In this document: positions 18,366 to 26,900 of the stretch, piece by piece
Layout of the letters: each line of letters begins with the position of its first letter
Numbering within the stretch: the stretch's first letter is position 1
From: a virus
Taxonomy: Duplodnaviria; Caudoviricetes
DNA: 63,101 nucleotides
Reading direction: 5' to 3' (one strand)
IMG/VR virus record: IMGVR_UViG_3300025083_002903
Coordinates: 1-63,101 of that record
The notes under the pieces: model-generated
What the model was told of the DNA's origin: nothing
Database searches by the model: none
The model's input: the letters and a program-made list of their open reading frames with translations, nothing else
Translations under genes and position numbers: made by a program

Positions 18366-20347
18366 GTTAAAGCACTCCTAGCATTACGAGTTTGTTCTTC
18401 ACTGTTCACTTTGTAATCGTTTAGTGGATTTTCATCATTATAGTTATATATGATATCCTTCACAACGTATATTTTACTAGGATCAATCTTTTCGATAAGT
18501 TCATAGAAGAATGGTGTATCACCACCTGACATCATCCAGTTACCATCTTTATCTTTTAGGGCATCGTAGTTAATCTTATCATTGTGAAATACTGAGCCTA
18601 AGAAAGTTCTTAGGTGCGAGTAAGGAATATTCCAATTAAATAATTCTTTTCTATATGCTTTGTTTTGTTTTGTCTCACTTGAGTAATCTTGTGCAATGTG
18701 TGGAATATTATCTGCTTGACTCCAACATGAGCCATATGTAAATTCATAACCACGAAAGTAAATGTCATTGTATAGATGAAAGATTGTATTGTTATTCACT
18801 AACCAATCATCACCATCAAGTAGTATTATAATATCATCTTCTTTCGTCCACACTTCTATTGCTTCAATCTGGTTTCGAATGCAACCCTTTCTTTCTGTAT
18901 TAGTAATAACGACTGTATTCTTTTCATTAATTTCAATTGGATCATCTGAGGCATCGTCAATCAAAACATGTAGATAGTTATCATAGTCTTGTTGTTGCAC
19001 TGACTCTATACATTTATGTATATAATCTCCGGCATTTCTAAATGGAGATATGATAACAATTCTCCTTTGAGGGCCAAAGCTTCTATACAATTTAGTTGTT
19101 TCTTTATTAAGTATTCTTCTACCAAATACTCTAGTAACGTCTTCATTGATACGAGTTACTTTGCGATATTCTTCAACAGACAAAGGCTTCTTCATTACAT
19201 TATAAAGATGTTGTTTCCATTGAAGTGCGACTGTATCCCAACCAACAATATCTCTAATTTGATCGCAAGCATATTGCTTTTGTTGGTGTAGATATGGGTC
19301 ATTATATGCTTTAATAAATGTTTGTACGAATGCTTCTATCTGGGTTTCTTCGTTGATATGTGGGAAAAGAACATTTGGCTTTATGGGGTAATTAGTTTTG
19401 TAGCAAGCTAAATCTAATGCAGTCTCTTCTAATGCACCAAAGTTTGATGTGACAAGAGGTGTTCTGTATAGTAAGCTTTCTATTGTAGATATGCCAGATG
19501 TTTCTGGAAACTCTGGTGGGTATATCATCATATAAGACTTTGCTAAAATCTCTGCTACTTCTTTTTGAGTAACTATGCCTGTGAAATTTACGTCTAACTT
19601 TTTTAAGTTATCGTCTTTCATCAAATCTCTAACAGTCTTCTCTTGTTCATCTGGCGCAGCGCTATCTCTAAACTTATAGAAGCCACCAACACAAGTAAGT
19701 TTTGCATTGGGTAGTTGTTCTTTAATTCTAGGCCAAACCTTAGTGACAAGAGGGATAAGACCTTTTGTTGCAGATGAATTGTAGACAAATAAGTTCTTAT
19801 CTTTTTTTCTTACATCTACTTCATCTATCCAACGAACAGCGCCGTTTCGTGTTTGCCAAAACTTATCCTTAATAACTTCAAACATTCTAGGATTACCATG
19901 TCGATTATTAGAGACGTAGTTCGTATGAAAATCCGATAGAGTGTACACTTCATGTAAGAAGCCATCTAGCAAAGCACCTTCGATAAATTCATCACCATGA
20001 GCAAACGTATCATGCATCCATAAAACACGATGAGGAATACCCATCACTAAATTAACATAACGATGAGTTGAAAGTAATGGATGTACTGAACGTGATAGCA
20101 CTACCACATCAAACTTCATATTTTTTACTACATTACTTTGCGAATGGTCTACGTATAAAACATCATCATATCTACCAGGAGAACAATCACTATCAATGCA
20201 ACTATTTAATACAGTTACTTCAAAACCTATTTTTACAAGTTCTTTTGATAGTAATATTACAGCAGCTTCGGACCCACCAATTCCTCTTTTGTTAAGAGTG
20301 TTTCCATCGTAAGCTAATCCTAATCCATCAATAAGGAGTATTTTCAT
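18362..20347 (-). CDS. Bifunctional glycosyltransferase (GT4-like N-terminus, GT2 C-terminus)
   Basis: GIGGSE, LWMHD and FPETSGISTIE (EX7E) in the N-half; IISPFRNAGDYIHKCIESV, IDDASDD and LLDGDDWL in the C-half. Confidence 0.88.
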   Translation of the reverse strand: MKILLIDGLGLAYDGNTLNKRGIGGSEAAVILLSKELVKIGFEVTVLNSCIDSDCSPGRYDDVLYVDHSQSNVVKNMKFDVVVLSRSVHPLLSTHRYVNLVMGIPHRVLWMHDTFAHGDEFIEGALLDGFLHEVYTLSDFHTNYVSNNRHGNPRMFEVIKDKFWQTRNGAVRWIDEVDVRKKDKNLFVYNSSATKGLIPLVTKVWPRIKEQLPNAKLTCVGGFYKFRDSAAPDEQEKTVRDLMKDDNLKKLDVNFTGIVTQKEVAEILAKSYMMIYPPEFPETSGISTIESLLYRTPLVTSNFGALEETALDLACYKTNYPIKPNVLFPHINEETQIEAFVQTFIKAYNDPYLHQQKQYACDQIRDIVGWDTVALQWKQHLYNVMKKPLSVEEYRKVTRINEDVTRVFGRRILNKETTKLYRSFGPQRRIVIISPFRNAGDYIHKCIESVQQQDYDNYLHVLIDDASDDPIEINEKNTVVITNTERKGCIRNQIEAIEVWTKEDDIIILLDGDDWLVNNNTIFHLYNDIYFRGYEFTYGSCWSQADNIPHIAQDYSSETKQNKAYRKELFNWNIPYSHLRTFLGSVFHNDKINYDALKDKDGNWMMSGGDTPFFYELIEKIDPSKIYVVKDIIYNYNDENPLNDYKVNSEEQTRNARSALT

Positions 20348-21107
20348 CTAGTGACGCCCGTAGTTTTGTTGTGTTAGCACGTGTAAACATTTGATAATGC
20401 TCTTTGATATTATCAGGCATAGGAATGTATTCTATACTTGCTTCATACTTATCTGCAATCTCTTTTGCGACTTCATAAAAAGACTTTGTAATTCCTGTAC
20501 CAAAATTCCATATGCCTCGCTCATCTATATCGATAAATCTAGAGTGCAATTGAACAATATCATTTACATGAATAAAGTCTCGTTTAAATTCTTTGCTACC
20601 TTCAAAAAGTTTAATTACACCATTCTCTTTTGCTTGCTTTTCAAATTGAGTGTATGGGCTTGCTTGATTTCCCTTGTGTTCTTCATGAGGACCATATACA
20701 TTAAAGTAACGAAATGCTTGCCATTTAATAGGTGCATCACGTGTGTTCATGTACTCTTCAAATAGATACTTACTTCTAGCATAATGATTCACTGGGTTTG
20801 GTTTAGAAGATTCTGAGAAAGAAGAACTTAACCCATAGACACTAGCAGATGAAGCAAATTGAAAATCAACACCATGCTTAATACAATCTTCGAATAGTTC
20901 AATACTAGAAACTAAGTTTTGATTTAGAACACTATCAACTGTAGCTGTTGTTGAACTAATAGCACCGAGATGAATTACCAAATCTTGATTTTTTACATTA
21001 GGATGTAACCAAGACCAATCATAAGTACTTACCTCATGATGATTCTGTAAGTGTTTTATTATATTCTGACCGATGAATCCTTTACTACCAGTAACTAGAA
21101 TTTTCAT
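20328..21107 (-). CDS. hldD: ADP-L-glycero-D-manno-heptose 6-epimerase
   Basis: ILVTGSKGFIG; HLGAISSTT; ASSASVYG; YARSK (YxxxK); RYFNVYGPHEEHKG; KRDFIHV; YQMFTRA - a HldD/RfaD signature set. Confidence 0.9.
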   Translation of the reverse strand: MKILVTGSKGFIGQNIIKHLQNHHEVSTYDWSWLHPNVKNQDLVIHLGAISSTTATVDSVLNQNLVSSIELFEDCIKHGVDFQFASSASVYGLSSSFSESSKPNPVNHYARSKYLFEEYMNTRDAPIKWQAFRYFNVYGPHEEHKGNQASPYTQFEKQAKENGVIKLFEGSKEFKRDFIHVNDIVQLHSRFIDIDERGIWNFGTGITKSFYEVAKEIADKYEASIEYIPMPDNIKEHYQMFTRANTTKLRASLDENTPY

Positions 21108-21463
21108 TTTTGGCTATCTCCTGTTTCAATTCTATAGTTATCTTCTACTGAATCTGGTGAAGAAACTTCTATGATAACACCATTATCATTCACACAAGTA
21201 AGTTTGTGTGGTAACATTGGCGGTATCTCTTTAGTTGTTCCTGCCGTAAGAACTTCTATGTGACGTATAGCGTTTTGAGTGTCTATGGTTTCTAATGTAA
21301 ATGTACCTTCTAATACATGCCAAGTCTCATGCTTTTCTTTATGAAAATGCATTGAAAAGCTTTTACCTTGATTAAATCTTAGTAACTTACCACAATACTT
21401 ATCGTTAGTAGCGAATATAAGTTCGCTTCCCCATCCCTTTTCCACTTCACCTTCAAGTCTCAT
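21104..21463 (-). CDS. Cupin, mannose-6-phosphate isomerase-like
   Basis: KGWGSE; SMHFHKEKHETWHVLEG; IPPMLPH; IIEVSSPDSVEDNYR. Confidence 0.8.
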   Translation of the reverse strand: MRLEGEVEKGWGSELIFATNDKYCGKLLRFNQGKSFSMHFHKEKHETWHVLEGTFTLETIDTQNAIRHIEVLTAGTTKEIPPMLPHKLTCVNDNGVIIEVSSPDSVEDNYRIETGDSQK

Positions 21464-22241
21464 TTTGTATCTCCTCTAGTGTAGGTGCATAGACTCCTGA
21501 ATGTTTAACAGTAATAGCAGATGCTTTCATAGCAAAGTTGATTGCACTTTCCATATTTTTTGTGTGTAGATAATCAAATGCCAGTGCTGCCAGAAACGTA
21601 TCACCAGCTCCGCATACATCATACGTATCTACTTTAGGTGGGTAAAACTCTTTATCTCCCCATACTACTTTTTTTGAGCCGTATGTGACAATCAATGATT
21701 GAGGATCTGGTGGGAGATAGTTTGTGTTTTCATACTCAAGTTGGTTGATCTTGATAAAGATATCTTTGAATGCACCCAAGTTTCTTTTCTTTGTATCTAA
21801 GAATATAGGTCCATCATAAAGGTGTCGTATAGAAAGAATAGTTTTATCGGACACAAATCCTTTATCATAATCAGATATGACTATTAGATCATATTCTGAG
21901 TATATGACCTCGGCATCATATTCAATTTTAAATATTCTACCATCAGGAGTGTCTTCGTCATTTAGCTTTTCGTCAACACGTAAAAGTTGTTGACCAGTTT
22001 TAATATCAACAAATCTTCTTTTATTCTCTACGAATTGTGTTTTTATGTAAACGTCTGCACCCAGGGCTTGTAGATTTTGATAGACGTTTGATGCCATTCC
22101 ATATTTCTTAACGACTTTTTCAAGGTCTAGAATTGGAATTGGTCCTTCTGGTGATATACGATTAACCTTACCATAATGATAGTAATCGTAGCAACTATCG
22201 CCTATTAATAAAATCTTCAATGGTTTTTGTAGTTGACTCAT
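21453..22241 (-). CDS. hldA: D-glycero-D-manno-heptose-7-phosphate kinase (HldE/RfaE domain I, PfkB family)
   Basis: LLIGD...RISPEGPIP; QQLLRVD; ISDYDKG; DVCGAGDTF. Confidence 0.9.
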   Translation of the reverse strand: MSQLQKPLKILLIGDSCYDYYHYGKVNRISPEGPIPILDLEKVVKKYGMASNVYQNLQALGADVYIKTQFVENKRRFVDIKTGQQLLRVDEKLNDEDTPDGRIFKIEYDAEVIYSEYDLIVISDYDKGFVSDKTILSIRHLYDGPIFLDTKKRNLGAFKDIFIKINQLEYENTNYLPPDPQSLIVTYGSKKVVWGDKEFYPPKVDTYDVCGAGDTFLAALAFDYLHTKNMESAINFAMKASAITVKHSGVYAPTLEEIQNET

Positions 22242-22614
22242 CGTTTACTCTTTCGTAGAAATTCACTTCACTGCAAAACTCTTCGCCTATAACTCTCTTG
22301 CCTCGCCAGTCAGAACCCTTCACCATAATATGCGGTGAGTACGCTCTTATAGTATCAATCAACTCTTGGTCTGTACCAAATATTTTCACTTCATCAACAA
22401 ATCGAAATGATTCCATAATTGACTTACGAGTAAGCAAGTTATTTACTGGCCTATCATTGCCTTTATTATAGCGTATTCTTTCGTCAGTGTCAATGGCTAC
22501 AACCAAATAATCACCAAGACTTGCCGCATATTTTAGCAAGTCAAGGTGACCAAGATGTATTAAGTCGAATGCTCCGTTAACGAATATTCTTTTTGACGAT
22601 TCTAACAATGTCAT
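22195..22614 (-). CDS. hldC: Heptose-1-phosphate nucleotidyltransferase (HldE/RfaE domain II)
   Basis: NGAFDLIHLGH (HxGH); KGNDRPVN; VKGSDW; C-terminal STT. Confidence 0.9.
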   Translation of the reverse strand: MTLLESSKRIFVNGAFDLIHLGHLDLLKYAASLGDYLVVAIDTDERIRYNKGNDRPVNNLLTRKSIMESFRFVDEVKIFGTDQELIDTIRAYSPHIMVKGSDWRGKRVIGEEFCSEVNFYERVNDESTTKTIEDFINRR

Positions 22615-23524
22615 CTATCTGGTTCTCACTAAAGTTCATAACTTCATCATTCAAACGATCTGCCATTTGACCATCTAGCCCTCCAATACGTATTGGACTA
22701 TATTTCGCATGTGCATTTTTATTTCGATAGAATTTAAAGTGATCTGGGTACGACACATTATCTTCAAATGTCGACCCCATAATTACAAGGCCATCTTTAT
22801 CAAATGCTCTAGCAATGTGTTGACCTAGACTATCAATCCCTAAAAAATAATCAGCTTCGTTAATAATACCCATCCAAGAACGCATATCTAAGTTCTGTGG
22901 TACAAGAGTATTCTTATCGTCTTGATGAATAAGTTGACTAGGACCCATAAACAAAACACCCCAAGTCTTTGGAAGCTTCTTTACAATTTTTAGATATGTG
23001 TCTGGACTTAAGCTACGTTGAGTATCATCCGAAAATACGCCTTCTTCATTAACGTTAGCAGTAGCACCGAAGGGTTGTAGGACAACAACCTTATTACGTT
23101 TAAACTCTTTGCGAAGATTATCTAAGTAAGCTTTTGCAGAGTTCTTTTCGTTTGAATGTAAATATAGATTAGGCTTAGTTAAATCACTATGATCATTAGT
23201 ACTATTGATTTCTTCATCAAATGCTTCAATCAAAGATTTTTGTTGATTGTAGTATGTCCAACGATGATAGGGTTCTGGCTGATATAGATTACTATTCTTA
23301 ATCACAAGATCAAAGATACCTTTTTGATCGGCATCAAATGTTCTTTCTTGTAGAATAGGATGATTCCAATATAGGCTAGCCCATCCATAGATAAGTACTT
23401 TGAAATCATCTTGTGGATTTAATCTAGCATACTTTTCAAGTGCAGGAATTGCTGTTACAATTCTACCTGCTCCACCACTCAAAAGAAATACAGTGTTTCT
23501 TTCGCCATCATATCTATGTGTCAT
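22577..23524 (-). CDS. GT9-like (ADP-heptose-type, GT-B) glycosyltransferase
   Basis: GGAGRIVTAIPAL; KPNLYL; VVLQPFGA; IINEADYFLGIDSLGQHIARAF, compare the GT9 motif (V/I)GxDSGxxHxAAA; adjacent to hld genes. Confidence 0.75.
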   Translation of the reverse strand: MTHRYDGERNTVFLLSGGAGRIVTAIPALEKYARLNPQDDFKVLIYGWASLYWNHPILQERTFDADQKGIFDLVIKNSNLYQPEPYHRWTYYNQQKSLIEAFDEEINSTNDHSDLTKPNLYLHSNEKNSAKAYLDNLRKEFKRNKVVVLQPFGATANVNEEGVFSDDTQRSLSPDTYLKIVKKLPKTWGVLFMGPSQLIHQDDKNTLVPQNLDMRSWMGIINEADYFLGIDSLGQHIARAFDKDGLVIMGSTFEDNVSYPDHFKFYRNKNAHAKYSPIRIGGLDGQMADRLNDEVMNFSENQIDDIVRIVKKNIR

Positions 23525-23559
23525 TATAACCTCTTCAATTCATAATCAATTTAATTTTA

Positions 23560-23895
23560 TTAATCGCTTGCTAAATCATCCAAACTAAAATCATCCACAG
23601 AAGACTCAGTATCTGCACTAACATTGTTAAACGCTTCGTAGTGAGTATCAAAAATAGAATCACTAATGATATTAGGCATTTCAGAAACCAGTTGTGCTTT
23701 AGTATAACCTGCAGGCACTTTACTAGGCTCTGCAATTTCCCAAGAATGAGTGTACGTGTTAGCCCAAGCTGGATTGTCTCCTTCACCAGCATGAGCGTAT
23801 TCTACAGCGATATCCCATTGGGTTACGAATCCATCTGATTCTCTCACCGTTGGTGTCGCTTTAGTCAATGTTAAAGTGTGATCATACGTAGCCAT
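23560..23895 (-). CDS. Hypothetical acidic protein, first gene of the heptose cassette
   Basis: 111 aa; AGGAG RBS; directly downstream of the dual promoter. Confidence 0.7.
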   Translation of the reverse strand: MATYDHTLTLTKATPTVRESDGFVTQWDIAVEYAHAGEGDNPAWANTYTHSWEIAEPSKVPAGYTKAQLVSEMPNIISDSIFDTHYEAFNNVSADTESSVDDFSLDDLASD

Positions 23896-23919
23896 GTATT
23901 TCTCCTATTTGTATTTTTA

Positions 23920-23948
23920 ACTATATCATAGTTTTTTATTTATGTCAA
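23920..23948 (-). promoter_or_regulatory. Sigma70-type promoter TTGACA-N17-TATAGT (extended TGn) with nested late-type CATAAATA (23937-23944)
   Basis: Minus strand reads TTGACA taaataaaaaactaTGa TATAGT. Confidence 0.8.
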
Positions 23949-23951
23949 CCC

Positions 23952-26900
23952 TTAAGCCTGTGATTCAGTCCAAGTAATACGACCAGCCATAACAAGAGGT
24001 GATGCGGAGTTAACTTGAGACGTATCGATAGGTACCGCAGCAATTGTTAACAAGTCAGGACCGTTCGGGAAAACCCCATCGCCACCTAGAATAGAGTTTC
24101 CTAAGTCGGTGATCTGAGATAGATCAAACTCTGACGTAACTGGCAATCTCTTACCTTGTGCATCTTCGTTACCACCAGAAGCACGGAATGAGAAGATTTC
24201 CGAGCCACCAATCACACGATCACCAGCATTGTGTTTTAATAGTTCTGACAATGATGGTGAACCCACAATTGAGTATGTAACATTATCAACCGAGCCGTTT
24301 AGAATTAGAGCAACGTTACAGTCATGTGATAGTGTGATACCAAGAGACTTCAATTGCAATTGCATTCTATTGATAATCTCTCTAGCACCTACTGCACCTG
24401 ACAAGTTGTTGTCAACAGAAGGGGCAAGTCGAATACTAATCAATGGTACTGGATTTGTCAAGTCAACATCTGAACCACCGCCAGCAGGCGCACCAATGTT
24501 AACTTCTGTACCACTACCCACATTTGGATAAACCGCAGGTGGATTACGATACGAAGATGTTTGCATGAAAATAAAGACATAAATGTTACTACCAGAATAC
24601 TGTGTAAATGTAACTTGTTCACCATTTAATTCTTCGTCTGCAGTATACAATGGAGTGTTAGTAGAGAAAGCTGACCCAGCTGATGATGGGAATCGTAATC
24701 TAACGTACCAATCATATTGTCTCAATCCATAGTTATAATATCTAACCAAAGTCGAGGTGGCATTAGTATTTGCTGCTGTTGTGTCACCGTTAGTAAATGT
24801 TAGTGAGTTAGATGCCGCTGTAAATAGATACGCTTTATCGTCATCAAACTTACCGTCCATGATGATAGATGTACCCCAGTGGAATAGACCCGGAACAAAT
24901 GTCGGTGTACCGTTATTGAAAATCTCATATCTACCTGGAATGTTACCAGAACGCATATATGCTTCTTCAAGAACGTTGTTGTGAATGAACTCATGGACAT
25001 ATTTTACATGACCATATGTGTCTTTAAATCCGAAACGAATTTTACCAGCACCGTACCATGAGTAGTCGATATATGCCATCTGAATTTTAGTAGTATCAAG
25101 AATAAATCCTGATGGACCTGTTCCGTCACAAATGTCAACGTTCCATTCAGATTGTGGTATTCTAGCATCTTCAGTCTTTGTTACAATGATCTTAGATGTA
25201 GTAATACCTTTGTATGAAGGTTGAATATGAAGTTCAGTATCACTTACCACTTTAGTAATTTTATAGCTAACGCCACGAATTACCACATGGTCTTCTTGTG
25301 CTAATTGGCCAACAAATGATGTGTTATTACCAAATATCTTATTTGAGCCAAATTGGGCATTAACAGATCCTGGCAACTGGGTAACAGATGAACGTCTTAC
25401 AGTGTATAATTCATGACCATCAAACTCGAAGAACATTCCGTTTTGATAATCAAATAGACCTGCTCTAACTAAGCTATTTGCCCATGCAGTTATATTATAT
25501 CTAATAATACCATTAGGCACTTCTGACAATGGAGTTGAAGGTAACGTGTATGAGAATGTGAAGTCTGTTTTTGAATTAACGACAAACGTACCATTAAAGA
25601 CATCATCATCACAACCTTTAATCGTTACTGAGTTGCCCACAATAATTCCGTGAGGGTATTCGGTATGCACAGTCGCAGTTGTCCCAGACGACTCAATTCT
25701 AAGAGCAGTTCTAGACGGATTAAAGTTAATCGCAAGAGAAACTTGAATGCCTTTACCAGACTGATAACGGAAGTACTTACGAGTTTGACGAACAATAGAA
25801 CTATTCGGTGAAGTACCAGCGTTAATTTCAACACCACCGTCAAACGGTCTATGTAGGAATGAACCATCTGGTCTTACGTTAATTTGTGTTTCTACAAAGT
25901 AGCTAGTTTCTGTTTCAGTAATTCTGGCAGGAGACACTAGTGATAGTTCTGTATCATCAATAACTGTAGCAACAACATCTTCATAGTAAAGTGTTGGAGT
26001 ATTACTTGTATCTGCAAATCTAATAGTATCGCCTGGTTTAAAGTATCTCTTAAATAGTGTATCTACACCCAAGATTTTGTTTGAGCCTTCAGTAATATCT
26101 ACAAGACCATCGCCTGGACTAATACCAGATATTGCGCCAGATGTGAGAGTGTACGTATTTGGTGCAACATTGTTTGCATTAGCAGCAATTGTCAATGGAC
26201 TATTTGTAATTGCGGCTTCGTAAGTTTCAGCCAGTAAAAGATAATCTGGTCCAACTGGTATTGCAAAATACTCAGTATCTTCATTCAGACCATCAATAAT
26301 ACTATCGTCGCTTGTAGAAGCAAATGTAACTTTTTGGCCTAATTGAAATCTATGCTCAGTGGCACTAATATGATCAACACCTTCAAACACTACAAGGGAA
26401 GCATCTGTAAAATTTACTACTCTTTTTGGAACTTCATTGCCTAAAGAAAAGTCCATTTCAGTGTCTGTTGATTGTGTAACATCATAATAACCATCTGCAC
26501 CACCGATACTTTCTGCTGTTTTAAGAGTAAATGGTCCGTTACCAGTGCCTGTGAAATCATAAGTTACGCCTGCTGCGTTAGCTAAAGATATTCTTTGCCC
26601 ATTCACAACTTTTGCGAAAACAGTTTCTGATTGACCTGAAGTTAATGTTGATCTAGTTAAAGTGTTACTAATATCAGTTGCAATATTGTTTGCTAATGTA
26701 GCCGCTGGTAAGACTGCACCTCCTGTTGAAAGTGAATAGTTGCTACTGTTACTTCCAGCCTTGATAGGAAGAATAGCATGAATTACATATCTCTGTCCCG
26801 CTCGGTTACTATTTTCTTGCATAAGGACTGATCTACTTGATGAGCCCAAATATCTAATATCACCATCATAGTTTTCATAATATCCAGACCAGTCAGAGTT

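Noticed and set aside
22195-22241. Programmed frameshift fusing HldC and HldA
   Set aside because: It would need a +1 shift; there is no canonical slippery site, and an ATG is available for coupled reinitiation
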